DNA of 64,000 nucleotides, taken from positions 170,066,001-170,130,000 of the forward strand of contig OX597817.1 in assembly GCA_951406725.2 (NCBI GenBank). Direction: 5' to 3'. Position 1 is the stretch's first letter, and each line of letters begins with the position of its first letter. Shown here one piece after another: positions 11,893-25,259 of the stretch. A model generated the notes under the pieces. That model saw nothing but the letters and a program-made list of their open reading frames with translations, did not search any database and was not told the DNA's origin. Position numbers and translations under genes: made by a program. This DNA is from Octopus vulgaris. Lineage: Eukaryota.

Positions 11893-12497
11893 ATCTCAAT
11901 TTGTATATATATATATATACATACATATAAAGTTATATAAATTTATACAAATATAATACCTTTTACAGATACCAATCAATTCAATCAAATTCTCAATAAC
12001 TTATTGTTTATGCAAAACTCACCAATTTTCACAACATTTTAAAACCTAACACCACCATCTTTCAAGTCTAAACCCATTTATGAATGCAGAATTCAGAAAA
12101 ATATTTTGCCAGTAAAGTGTGCTTATATTCTAATCATGTTCAATCTCAAAGCCTATATGTCTGCTCTAATTGTTTCCATTACATCTATTTGCTCTTTTTG
12201 ACCCCACAGTTAAAGAATAATAGAAACTTGTACATAATAGATGAGCTCTTCATTGTATCATATCAAATGATATTGAGTTGCAGATGCAATGAAAAAATAA
12301 TCGTCTGATAATTCAATAACCCAAATTGCAACAATTGTAGAAAACTAATAACAACAGTTTCTGATTATGAAAAAAATCTACATTACTTAGAAATGATTGA
12401 ATTATATATGGTGATGTTGGATGGGAAAACTAAGCAGAATAATTTTCATCAAACTTTACATTGAAAAGCAAGTAAATATAGTAAATATGCATTTTAC

Positions 12498-12546
12498 CTC
12501 GATGGAAAAGTCTCTGTCAACACTGTACCGTGTTCGTAAATATTTC
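12498..12546 (-). CDS. Candidate 49-nt internal exon of the unidentified host gene (KYLRTRYSVDRDFSIE)
   Basis: Minus strand ttaatatttttcag|gaaatatttacgaacacggtacagtgttgacagagacttttccatcgag|gtaaaa. Strong acceptor, AG|GTAA donor, and three CpGs retained in a CpG-poor background. Confidence 0.55.
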
Positions 12547-13002
12547 CTGAAAAATATTAAATTAAAATCCATTTCAGATGAATTTATCTCACATATTTCA
12601 TAATGTAGAAAAGTCTGTGAACTAAGCTCCAAATTTATAATTACAATAATTTATTACAAAAATATTTTTCAAGAAAAATTCACTGCTTTCTCTTGAGTGT
12701 GCTGGTTTTTATACATCCTAATGTATAATAGATATCTTCAGTTTTACATTCGAATATTCTGCTTATGTCAGCTTCTTTGCACAACTATTAAATACACAAA
12801 TTTACAAAATACTTGCACATTTCTAACTGTAGCACTTTTAAAATTATTTTTAGCTTTAGAAAATATTTAATTCTCATATATTTAACTTTCATTAAACATT
12901 ACTGTAATACAAACAAAAACATTATATATTATTTCTTAAAAAAAGGCATGCATCTTGTAAATTATGCAGGTATAAATAAATCTTATATATAATAGGTGAA
13001 TG

Positions 13003-13400
13003 GGTGGCAGTGTGTTTAAGATGTTTGCTTCCCAACCACATAGTTTCAGGTTCAGTCCCACTGCATGGCTCCTTAGGCAAGTAACATTTACTCTGTTCAC
13101 CAAAACCTTATGAGTGGATTTGGTACACAGAAACTGAAAGAAGCTCATTGTGTGTATGTTTGGGGGTGCGCATGTGTGTGTGTGTGTGTGTGTCCTTGTC
13201 TACCCATCGCATAATATCATAGTTGCATATGAGTGTTGTTGTTATACATGTAGTGTCATTCATTTCCAATATTCTGCAAAAACAGGTCAGTCCATAGGAA
13301 ATATTAAAGATAAAGGCTGACAACTGGGAGAGCATCTGGTGACCTCAATGAACTCCAACTGACCCATGCAAGCATAGAAATAATATTAAAATAATAATGG
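13003..13400 (+). mobile_element. Old SINE with family A head and core but an RTE-like tail
   Basis: ggttcagtcccactgc...ccttatgagtggatttggtacacagaaactgaaagaagc, ending in gacccatgcaagcatagaaa. Confidence 0.7.
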
Positions 13401-13403
13401 TAA

Positions 13404-14207
13404 TGGCATGGCCATGTGGTGAAAATAGATTTGGATAGCTGTGTGAAAAAGTTCCACACTCTAGCGATTGAGGGAACATGTGGAAGAGGTAGACCCAGGA
13501 AGACCTGGTATGAGGTGGTGAAGCATGACCTTCAAACGTTGGGCCTCACTGAGGCAATGAGTAGTGACCGGGACCTTTGGAAATATGCTGTGCTTGAGAA
13601 GACTCAGCAAGCCAAGTGAAACCATAACCTTGTGGTCTATCTCATGGGTATAACCAGCCCACTTATATAATGCGTACCTTTCCTTCATTGGATTCTAAAC
13701 TCTGCTTGCAAAGACCTGTTGAGGCAAGGGAAATTGAAATTACATTCGACAACTGACATCCATGCTAGTGGAGTGCTAAGTGTACCATCGAAGCGGGATC
13801 GTTGCCAGAGCAACAAACTGGTCTCCGTGCCGGTGGCACGTAAAAAGCACGATTCGAGTGTGATCATTACCTGCGTCGCCTTACTGGCACTTGTGCTGGA
13901 GGCAGGTGAAAAAACATTCAAGCGAAGTCGTTGCCAGTGCCGTTGGATTGGCTCCTGTGCAGGTGGCACATGAAAAAACACCATTTGGACATGGCCAATG
14001 CCAGTACTGCCTGACTGGCCCTTGTGCTGGTGGCACGTAAAAGCACCCACTACACTCTCAGAGTGGTTGGCATTAGGAAGGGCATTCAGCTGTAGAAACT
14101 CTGCCAGATCAGATTGGAGCCTGGTGCAGCCATCTGGTTCGCCAGACCTCAGTCAAATCGTCCAACCCATGCTAGCATGGAAAGCGAACATTAAATGATG
14201 ATGATGA
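13404..14207 (+). mobile_element. 5'-truncated RTE-clade LINE (ORF2 C-terminus and 3' UTR)
   Basis: ORF 13416-13619 GTCGRGRPRKTWYEVVKHDL...DRDLWKYAV, a UTR with about 65-bp internal repeats, and a (GAT)n tail. Confidence 0.9.
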
Positions 14208-14276
14208 TACATATATATAAAGGCGGTGCTCCAGCATGGCCGTAGTCAAATGACTGAAACAAGTAAAAGTGTAAAA

Positions 14277-14336
<60 letters not shown>

Positions 14337-14771
14337 ATCCAGCAGTATGTAGGAGGGAACAATGTAAATGCTCTCTGATTGGCTCATACAGTTGTACATG
14401 AATTATACAGAAATGTTTAGGTGCAGTAGTGATTCTTGCATTGACATGTCTGTCTGAGTTTCATGTAAAAAATGATGAGATTTAATAGGTCAAAACATTT
14501 CTCTGTTCAGTAATTCCACATATGTTCTTGATAATCATCTTTCATCATTGTACTATTCTTTGTAGTTATTTTTTAAAAACCAACATGACAGACATCAATC
14601 TTCAGATGACCCGACATTAATCAGAGGAAGGTGGTAGGTGTGGTGGTTGTGTATGTATATTCACAAACACAGAAGATAGATTGAGAGAGATGTGTGTATC
14701 TCAGTAATATATATATATTTAACCCATTATAGCATGGAAAAACAGATATAAAATGAAAAAAGAAATTATAC

Positions 14772-14819
<48 letters not shown>

Positions 14820-15049
14820 GGGGGGGAAGAAAGAAATATATTTGTGTGTATATATATATATAGATACATATGCTTGTAAGTATGTGTCTGTGTACCCAAA
14901 TCACCTCTGATCAAGAAGATCTGTGATCAAAGGCATTGCAACTGTGATCATCTCATCTTTTAAGGATGGCTAAGATTATGATCTGATATGTTCTTCTCTT
15001 GTTAAGACAAAGGAGGCCCCTGCATGTTTGTGTGTGCATGTGTGCATTT

Positions 15050-15090
<41 letters not shown>

Positions 15091-15218
15091 ATGCGTGCAT
15101 GCAAATGTATACGTAGATGCAAAGTAGATGTGATATCAATCTACCAGTACATGATGCATGAGTTTTGTGAAAACAGCAAGAAGAGGGTGGTTGTGGTGAG
15201 GTTATATATGGATTTAAA

Positions 15219-15447
15219 GCGGCGAGCTGGCAGAGACATTAGTACGCCGGGCGAAGTGCTTCGCGGTATTTCGCCCGTCGCTATGTTCTGAGTTCAAATT
15301 CCGCCAAGGTCGACTTTGCCTTTCATCCTTTCGGGGTCGATAAATTAAGTACCAGTTACGCACTGGGGCCGATGTAATCGACTTAATCCGTTTGTCTGTC
15401 CTTGTTTGTCCCCTCTATGTTTAGCCCCTTGTGGGTAGTAAAGAAAC
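15219..15447 (+). mobile_element. SINE family B
   Basis: Same sequence as 3119-3341; TSD tatatatggattt on both sides. Confidence 0.92.
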
Positions 15448-16685
15448 ATATATATGGATTTCATACATGATGTACTTTAGTTACTTTCTTTCTGTCCCAT
15501 ACTTACAGAACTATAAGATAATTCCTGAATCTCACTTTAGTTCAGACAATTTAAAAGCAAGGTGTCCAATGGAAATTACAACAGCTATTTATAACATTTT
15601 ACTAAGAATTAATTTATTTCTGAAACTGCATGAAACGAAATCAATAATTAATCCCATTAGAACAGCAAATGATAATGGACAGAGCATTTTAGTTTTTTTT
15701 TTCTTTTTCTTTTATCTGTCTAGAAAAACTAGTTGAACATGTAAAAATACATATCAATATGACTCTGAATATTTTATTTAGTCATGGAAATTAGCAGTTA
15801 GTTCACATATCTATTATACATGTTGTAATATATGCATAGAAATCCTTTTTAAAGTCATGTCTAGATGAAATATCTATTGTCTAGTGTAGCACTGCACCAA
15901 ATTGTGGAATTTCAAACTCTAACATGGGAGCTTGTTAAAAGAAAAGGTTAAAAGAAAAGTAGCCAAATTGTCTTCAAATCACAACTTAGCCTGTCAGGGG
16001 GAATGAAAAAAGGACACATTAGATAATATAGTTACAGATACATAAAAAGACAAGATCCTCAAAGTCAGAATATCTTTGATGAAAGGACTAGTGAATCATG
16101 GCTGATATAAAGTTAAAAACAAGAACAACTTAATATTCTGAAATTTTTTATTAAATGAGTGGTTAATGATATTTCTTTTTTTTTACAGGTTAAAAGAGGA
16201 AAAGGGTAATGTCCATAGTCTCTTTAAACCATCCTAAGTTGGGGAGATTGATGTTGAGTGTGTAGTTCAGTATTGACATCTTTAGGTTAATGTCTGCAGC
16301 AAAGATGATAAGTGAGAAGGAATTTCTAGATAATTGAAATTTTACCTCAGTAAAATGTTGTTGTTGTTGTTGGGAATGGGAGAAGTTTCTCTCCCTCTCT
16401 GTACATGTTATTTCTTTATTTCCCTCTCTGTACATGTATGCATGTTCCCCATCAGACAGAACCATACTATACATGTCAGCAGTCACACAGAGGGCTTTGT
16501 AGAGAGTCAACAACTGACCATGGCTGATTCAGAGAAGAGAAGTTTATTTAAATGATGCAGATTTGGTAATGTTATATAATGTGCAATCGACATGGAAGAT
16601 CACCAGAAGATTGGAAATGTTAGTAATCAGCAGCAGCCATGAGGATTTCAGTTGTATGCTTCCTATATATAGGAAGCATACAACT

Positions 16686-16876
16686 ATCGCCATGATAGAT
16701 TGGTAGCCACTACACACATTTTTTTCTCTCTCCTTGTTTCTTTCTGTGTTCCTTTCTGTGGAAGAGCGAAGGCTCGAAACGTAAAAGACTTTTTCAATTC
16801 CCGAATGTTATACTAATACATCTGTTTGTTTTGTACACCACCTGTCTTCGTCTTTTGTTTTTTTCGTGAATTCTCC

Positions 16877-16880
<4 letters not shown>
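16686..16880 (+). mobile_element. Penelope-like terminal-repeat fragment
   Basis: Contains the hammerhead-like motif, has a T-rich 3' part ending in (TA)n, and has a palindromic 5' junction. Confidence 0.65.
16752..16787 (+). ncRNA. Minimal type I hammerhead ribozyme motif (A6U variant)
   Basis: cttt|CTGTGGA|A|GAGC gaag GCTC|GAA|ACGT|A|aaag: 4-bp stem I, 4-bp stem II and palindromic ACGT in place of stem III. Confidence 0.6.
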
Positions 16881-16926
<46 letters not shown>

Positions 16927-18618
16927 AGAGTATAATTTAAAATTGTTTACTTAATATGTGTAACAGTTGTGTCTAAGTACTAACAAAAGAGACTATGATG
17001 TCTAGTCTCTGTTGGAAGTTGTTTCAAAAGTCTCTGGTCATAGAAATAGTGCAAGTCTGGCATGAGGTGTCTAAGTTCTACATAGATGATGTAGAATGTT
17101 AAGGAGAACTACAATGATAGTATCATCTGCATTGGAATATACAAAATTAGAAGAAATGGGTCAATAATGTACCAAAGGAAGTTTGGCATATATTACTGAC
17201 TCCAGGGTTGATAAAATGTGGTTCAGAGAGAATTCCATCAGCTCATGCTACAATGATACAGTCTGACAGGAAGCATCTGATATGAAAGACAGAACTTATC
17301 TTTGATATTCTTATTGCCAACACAGACGAAAACTTTGTCAAAGATAAGTGGATACAGAAATGTGTGTTACATAAACAAGTTGAGTAAAAAGACAGGTAAA
17401 TTGAGTGATGTAAAGACAGGGGGAAGAGAGATTGAAGTTTTGGGCAAGAACAGGAGGTAGCTGTTTGAAGTCAACTAATTAGCTGACTTATTGAATTAAA
17501 GCTATTGAAGTTTACATGTGTGTCAATTTTGTGCCTATGGTGGTGTGAAATAAGAGAAAGTAAAATACAAAAGTCTAAGGAAAATAACAGTAATTTTCAT
17601 TGGTAAAAACCAATTAATGCTCACAAAATAAAATAATTTTTGATGTAATGAGGTGGGAAGGAACATTAATGATTCTATCAAGGTCCTTTGTGTCTGAAAC
17701 AGAATTTCTTCTAATTACAACACAGTTTTCTTCTATTATATGCACTTTAATCTTTTAACATTTTGGCTAAGAAACATCATACCCCTGATAAATAGGGACC
17801 TGAGGTTGGTACAAGAATAGTAAATCACCACATTTATCTAAGTGTTGAATCATTTTATAAAATTATGAATTAATAGAGTTAGTCATATTTGTTACTTATT
17901 TTTAACTACATATTGTTCAAAGCTAAAAGCAAAAGTAAAATTCACATTTATAGAGGGTCATAATGGTCATCTGTGAAATATTGTAATGTTTGTGATAGAA
18001 TTTAATCACAGTACATTATGGTTAGTTGGTACATACCTTTAAGCCTATACTACATTGTGTATGTGCAGAGAGAAAGAAATAGGATGAGAGATTTATACTT
18101 ATATGAAACATTATAAATGTTCTTTGGTCTATAAACACTCTCACTATGTACTAAAATCATATCATAATTTATTCTTGGAGATAATTGCACAGGTTATCAA
18201 TGTTTTATGCTTTAGATAACTTAAAATATGTTCTTTTCTTTTAATATTCAGAATATATAGAGAACAACGGAAGCATGTCTGAATAGTTTCTCCTATTGCA
18301 TCTATCACTAAAAAACATTAAAAAAAAAATCAATAATCTGTAAAAATCTTGACAGTAAATGGAATGATATGCTACAGTAAAGCAAATAGCCAAAGTAGTA
18401 TTTTTTTCATCAACGATGGATAGTAATATCCATTGTAATTCATAGTAATTCTTCAACATAGTCAATCTGCAATAGCTCGATATGTTTATGAAGATAGTAG
18501 CTTCAGAGGAAAATTCAAATTGAGCTCATGTAATTCCTAAAATCTCTGAAGACCGAATCTCTTGGTAGATTATGTAAAATATTGTTTCTATTTCCAATTA
18601 GCTTCCTTGTGTTACCAA

Positions 18619-18619
<1 letters not shown>

Positions 18620-18654
<35 letters not shown>

Positions 18655-18669
18655 TATAATAATAATAAT

Positions 18670-18702
<33 letters not shown>
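18620..18702. repeat. (AAT)n microsatellite
   Basis: Visible directly. Confidence 0.95.
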
Positions 18703-18706
<4 letters not shown>

Positions 18707-19676
18707 GTTTCCAACTATTGTAAACAATCTTAATGAATTAGTATAAAAGGAAATGAGATTCTATTGTGATTACAGAGAAGACCTTTAACAACAAAATACC
18801 AAACAGTTTTCTATTTTTTCTGAAACAGGCAATATGGCACAAAGTTTTGCCAGAAATTTTAATAATTTTAATCCTTTTATAGCATCTCAGATTGCAGAAA
18901 CAATTTCCACCAGACAGTTGACAAGAGATAATCAAATGAAAAAGATGTACTTTTGCTTGCAATACTTAGCATGTGTTACTTCAATTGTCTAATTGAATTT
19001 AGATAGAATCAGGAGAAAATGTTAAACATGAATAAATCTCTTTCAGGTTTGATATTGAAAGGAGAATTAGCTGAAGCAGTGACACAGCTAGAATATGATA
19101 TAGTGATATACATTAACAATTCATCCGCAGATAGTGACAACAGCTGCAAATATAGTTCAGCATAAAGAGAGGGAAAAATCAATTTCTTGTTAAGTGAGCA
19201 TTTTACATATCACAAAAGTTTCTAAAGAAATCAATGACATTAAAAATATTATATATCACACATTTCCTAATAAATCTAAAAATATATAAGATGGAATTCA
19301 AGGAACATATTTTATTTCAGTCAAAACAAATTATAAATATTTATCCTTGAATCACTTCAGAGTAGGTGTTCATAGCATTCACTACTTACTACTTTTGAAA
19401 ACAGACTTTGTTGTGCTAAGTAAAAAAGTAAGAAAGCTTAAAAATTATTCCTGTGACACTTCACATCTGAGAGAAACATAGATAAGAAAGTGTAGTTTCT
19501 CTGAGGATAGGTGTGAAGAAATATGAAGTGAAGCCGAAATATTAGACAGGACAATAGTTGCTAACATCTACAGAAAAATCTATTCAAATGTAATATTTGC
19601 CAAAGAGAGAAAAATTGTCAGTTTATAACTGCAATAAGCACATGATTTTGCAAATTTCTTTATCCTAGCTAAATTA

Positions 19677-21337
19677 TTAGGATGGGCTGAAAAGTTCATA
19701 GGCTGACTATGAAGGAGTGACGCTGGAGCTGTGAAATCTTGCATGCATTAATTTAAACTCTTTTTATTAATAACTTCATTATTTCTTTCCACATAAATTG
19801 ATATCTGATTGTTCAAAGAAGACTTCAAAAGTAACTAGTAGCAACTTCTCTTGAAAATGCACAAAATTTGGTATTGTGCTGCTATCAAGCACCTGCAGAA
19901 AAAAAGGATTTAGACCCCAAGGACATTCATGTTGACATAGTTGCTACATTAAGGGATGATGCTCCAGCTCTATGAACAATGCAAAACTGAATTTAGAAGG
20001 GGAAAGGAGTGTCTTGAAGATGTCACGAGGTTTGGATGTCCTGCAACTGCCACCACCAATTAAAAAATTGATTATGTACACCACATGGTGTACATACTTA
20101 CATGGTGATAGGGGACAGGTAACTGACTATAAATCAAATAGTTAATACTATTGGATGGAAGCACTCCGTCGGCTACGACGATGAGGGTTCCGGTTGATCC
20201 GAATCAACGGAACAGCCTGCTCGTGAAATTAACGTGTAAGTGGCTGAGCACTCCACAGGCACGTGCACCCTTAACGTAGTTCTCGGGGATATTCAGCGTG
20301 ACACAGAGTGTGACAAGGCCGGCCCTTTGAAATACAGGTACAACAGAAACAGGAAGTAAGAGTGAGAGAAAGTTGTGGTGAAAGAGTACAGCAGGGATCA
20401 CCACCATCCCCTGCCGGAGCCTCGTGGAGCTTTAGGTGTTTTTGCTCAATAAACACGCACAACGCCCGGTCTGGGAATCGAAACTGCGATCCTATGACCG
20501 CGAGTCCGCTGCCCTAACCACTGGGCCATTGCGCCACCACTGTTAATACTATTAGAATATCCCAAAAGGGAGATGAAGATATTTTGCACTATGAACTTGG
20601 CATGATGAAGGTTTCTGCTCAGTGGATGCAGGTCTTCTGACACCTGATCAAAAGTGCACCAGACTGATCACATCACAGGAAAATCTGACATTGTTTGAGG
20701 CAGATCCAGCTGGTTTCCTTGAACATTCCCTAAGCCAGGATCAGTACTGGGTTCATCACTATGAGCCAGAGACAAAGAGACAATCCATGCAGTAGAAACT
20801 ACCCTCCTCATCTGCACCAAAGAAAGCCAAGGTCGTTTCATCTGCAGGGAAGGTGATGGCTTCAATTTTGGGAGAAGCAAAAAAGCATTGCATTTATTGA
20901 CTATCTTCAAAAGGACTACACCATCAATGGAGAGTACTATGCCGACTTGCTGAGGTAGTTACGAAGGGCTATCAAGACACCCGGGAAAACTGATGAAAGG
21001 GATCCTGTTTCATCAGAACACTGTATGACTGTGATCTGAACTGGTTGGTCAACCTCCTTATTCTCCTGATTTCACCCCATCTGACTATCATCTGTTCTCC
21101 AACATGAAAAATCACTTGGCTAGGAACCTGTATCACAGTGATTATGATGTCATATCTGCTGTTGATGACTTTTTTGACCAACAGGATAAAAGCTTCTGCA
21201 CCAATGGGATCCAAGTACTGCAACACCAATGGAAGAAGTGTGAGGATCACAAAGGGGACTATGTTAGAAAATAAACAATGTGATCACATTTCATGAGAGC
21301 ATCTTGGTCAGACTATGAACTTTTTAGCTAACCCTCA
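19677..21337 (+). mobile_element. Full-length decayed mariner element with a nested SINE
   Basis: Imperfect TIRs ggctgaaaagttcataggctgac / gtcagactatgaactttttagct with TA flanks. Remnants WVHHYEPETKRQSMQ, SAGKVMASI, DYLQKDYTINGEYYADLL and PPYSPDFTPSDYHLF. Confidence 0.9.
20158..20540 (-). mobile_element. tRNA-derived SINE, family C
   Basis: Minus-strand A box tggcccagtgg and B box gtttcgattccc. TSD gttaatactatt(g/a)ga at 20141-20155 and 20542-20556. Second copy at 30602-30982. Confidence 0.92.
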
Positions 21338-23639
21338 TATAATATTATCTTCACAGTTGTCATATATTAGCTTCTTCAGAAAATTAAATTCTGACAGGCT
21401 TGTGAATATTTCTAAAATCCCTCATTTAAATCATTAATGCAGCTACAAATCCTTAAAATTTCATAATAGTATAATAATGGTGATTTCTTAATGAATCACA
21501 TGAAGAAGAGCAAATTTAGAATCTGTGAGTATTGCTAAGTAAGGGAATCTGTTTCAACTAAGAAAGGAAACCAAATTGTGAATTATTTCAGCTGTAGATG
21601 TATCTCCATCCCAAATACTTTCTACAGAGCAAAAAGTAACAAAACTAGCACTGGATGATGCTCCAGTATAGCTAGAACCTAAATAGCTCGAGGCAAACTA
21701 AGAACCTAAATGTCGGTCTTGGAATGGAATATTTCATAGAACTACCTAAATGGAAGACTCTCCTTAATATTAGATTATTTTACTCTAATATTATATATTT
21801 TAGCCAATTTTTCATCAATAGAATTACATTTTTCTGGAACTTTGTTTGATCATATCTTCAAATTACACATTATTAACACATTAATTTGAACTAATCAAAT
21901 AAGTTGTCAATGTAACAACTTATCTAATATATATATATATATATATAACATTAATACACATAAAACAGAATGAAAATAATTTTATAGTGTTTAAAACACA
22001 AATATTTGCCACATAATATGGTAGGACAACTCTATGACACGTTTCACAAACTTAATGGCTCGTACATCAGATGGAAGCATATTCATCACATAATTTGATT
22101 AAGATAATGTGATGCTATTACTACTACTACTACCAAACAAACTGTGATCATAGGTGCAGGTCTGATGAATTTTATCAAAGTAAAACAACATTAATCTTAA
22201 ATCTACAAAAGTAAATTGTTTCCCCAGGGTCTGCCAACTATATTTGGAGTTCCCCCACCTTTCGTTATAATTATTGGTCACAACAAGACTAAATATATTT
22301 TAAGTATATTAATATTTAATAAACAGTAAATGTACTTTCAGAGAGTGAAATATTTGAAAAACATACTGTATGATATTTCTATTTAATTTTATATAATCAA
22401 TTACTGTACTAACCCTACTACCTCTCTAGCTACCCACACCCACCACCAACACAACAACCATTACTATACTACTGCCACAACAATCACTACTACTATCACC
22501 ACCACCACCACCACCACCAATATTACTATTATCCCCTGCCCCTTCTTGCCTATTTTATGTGATCTTATGATAAAAAGTAATTCATTATTAAGCTAGAATT
22601 TTGAAAGAATAGATTAAATTTCTACATATTAAATGTAAATTTTGACAATCGTAATACAACAGAAAACAATGCCATCTGGTGCTTATTCTCCCCTCTCTAT
22701 ATTCTATAAACCCAAAAGTTCATATCTACTTTATTTATACTTCATTTAAATCAACATAACCTTTATATAAGGTTATCAGAAATCTGGGTATGTAACATTA
22801 TAGAAAGCAATATCTATAGAAAACTTTGAAATGGCAACTAAATGGTTTTTTTGTACGCAAAGTTTATAGTTATTGATCCAAAGAACTTCCAGAAAATTTT
22901 TCATGACATTTTTGAAGTTATATTACATGAGATGAATATATGTCACAACCCATAAAACTAGAAAGCATAACAAGCTCTGAAGTAGGTAGGTACCCCTGAT
23001 AGACTACATACATTAAATTATCTCACAAGAAATCTCTAGAAATAGTGGTATCTTATGAGAGTTGTTTAAACTGTTGATAGATATCTAAAACAGATATTAC
23101 AAAAAGGAGGCAATTCTCAAGAAATTTCTTGTTTTATTTTTCTTCTCTCTTTTCATTTTTTGGTCCAGCTTAAAAATTTCTCATAAAAAGAAAATTAAGA
23201 TTTATCTTTAAAAGGCATCACTTTAAAACAATGAATTATCATATTGTTTTATTTTATTTTCTGCAAGGTTTTTTTCCAAATGAAATCTTCGTTATAGTGA
23301 AATCCATATTTTATTGTGGGTCTAACTAAAGTATCACGTTATCTTCATCAAAGAAGGAAACTATGTAAAAATATTGATTTCTTATTTAGACATGATGACT
23401 GTATATCATAAACACAAAGAATGAAGTTCTATGAAATTTATGGGTTCCTAAGGGTATTAAGCAGCAGAAGTAATCTGATTTCAGTGTAAAATTGAAACTG
23501 TATCATTAACTCTAGTCACTGGTAACTGACTAATTGTTCTACATCATTATCCTTATGGCAATTACTAATTACTTTCTGTCTGTATCCCTATCTTTTGCTC
23601 TAACCTATCTCTTTTGTTTACTCTCTTTTTCAGCTGGGG

Positions 23640-23970
23640 CAGCCATGTATCTCCTCTGCAGCAAGACACTTATTCTGTAGCCTTCTGTTATACTTTAACC
23701 TCTCAACTGGCACAAAGCTACCCTACCCCCTCAATACTACTCTGCCTTCTTGTTGAATAGACTTTGTCTTGTAAATTACTTGGTAAGCCCATCAATGCTG
23801 GTGCCACATAAAAAGCACACCAGGCTGGTGTTAGAAAGGGCATCCAGCCATAGAGATTATGCCAAAGCAAACAATGGAGCCTGGCTTGGTTCTCTGGCTT
23901 GCCAACTCCTGTCAAACCATCCAACCATCCATGGAAAACAGATCTTAAATCATGATGGTAATGATGACAG
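23640..23970 (+). mobile_element. Decayed RTE-type 3' UTR
   Basis: gctggtgccacataaaaagcac...gaaagggcatccagc...ccatccaaccatccatggaaa followed by a (gat)-like tail. Confidence 0.7.
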
Positions 23971-24204
23971 ATGTATTAATGATCTACATAATCATATATA
24001 GTAAGAAACAAGAAAATATTTAAGGTCCTCACAAAAAAAAAATAATTAATTTTCTCACCCACAAAATGATATATATTCAGTAACTTTAATATTTATGTAT
24101 ATATCTTTAAACAGTTTTAACTGCCATGGTTAGCATGCTGCACAGACCATAACCCTAATCTCATGAATTCAAAATGTTGGGCTTTTCATCCAAGACAATA
24201 TTAG

Positions 24205-24412
24205 TTTCAAATTTTGGCACAAAGCCAGCAACTTCAGGAGGAGACAAGTTGATTACATCAACCTCAGTACTTAAATGGTACTTATTTTATCAACCTTGAA
24301 GGGATGAAAGGTAAAAGTTGACCTTGACAGAACTGGAACTCAGAATGTAAAGCCAGACAAAATGCTGCTAAGCATTTTGCCTAGCATGCTAACAATTCTG
24401 CCAGCTCACCAT
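24205..24412 (-). mobile_element. Decayed SINE family B
   Basis: ggatgaaagg...gaactcagaatgtaaag...gctaacaattctgccagctcacc. Confidence 0.8.
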
Positions 24413-25259
24413 CTTACTCCCAAACGATATTGATAACATTTCTAGTTAAATGGGCACTACTAGCATAATGTAGTGAGCCAAAAGAAATTTAAGTAACTAA
24501 ATCTCATGTAGAGAGGATGAAAAAAGGGGGGAAAAAAACATAGCTTTATCTCTAATTCTGATCAAGAAAAGTAAGGGAAGCAATTCCTCTAGCTGACTTC
24601 ATTAGAAATGACATCCTATCAGAAAAATATTTTAGTACATTCCTTAAAGCTGCATAAGCAAATATCCAAATATATAAAATTTATCTACACCAAACATATG
24701 AGACCACATTATATACTTATAATAAATAATTGTGGGAGGAAAAGATTTCAGTTCTGGATTTAAACTGGAGAAAATGCAAAACAACCTGTCATGATTAATT
24801 TTTGCCTATGTAAATATAAAGAAATAACAGTGTAATGTTACAAATTCATAGGGGTAGCATAAGTTGCTATGTGACCTCAAAAGTCAAGCTGAAACAAAGA
24901 ACTGACAGCTATAGATTGTAACTTAGTAATTCAAAGACAGTATTAGTATTAAAATGTATCTGTGCTGCAGGTGAGGTCAATGCAAATTTCTAAATGTAAA
25001 AGATAAATCATTGTATAACATCTGTCATTGGACAAAATCTATGTTTGAAAATTTAAAAACAAAAACTAAATCTGTACCTGAATTAAAACAAAACATTATT
25101 CAGTCAAAAGCCAAATATTTTGACCAACAGATTAAAGTATGCATAAAGAATACTAAAAAAGCACTAATAAATAGTCCAGTCATTGCAGACTTTTATCTTT
25201 CCCTGACAATGACTAATCAGAATGGTGATAAGATAAAATATTGAAAGTTAGCTACCACT

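Larger units (their letters stand above)
16170..17480 (-). mobile_element. Decayed CR1/L2 LINE ORF2, interrupted by a Penelope-like insert at about 16668-16930
   Basis: Minus-strand remnants of FDKV (about 17340), ADDT (about 17125), LTLYKA (ORF 16190-16513) and NSFSLIIFAADINLK, with a poly(A) tail near 16175-16185. Confidence 0.6.

Noticed and set aside
13800-14050. Repeat-spacer pattern resembling a CRISPR array
   Set aside because: It lies in the 3' UTR of a eukaryotic LINE, the repeats are degenerate, the spacers are related to each other, and there are no cas genes.
16188-16206. Strong plus-strand acceptor ttttttttacag followed by a donor
   Set aside because: The T-tract is the poly(A) tail of a minus-strand LINE.
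19047-19165. Plus-strand acceptor followed by an open frame LILKGELAEAVTQLEYD...
   Set aside because: It is isolated, with no partner exons or homology, and lies opposite to the better-supported exon candidates.
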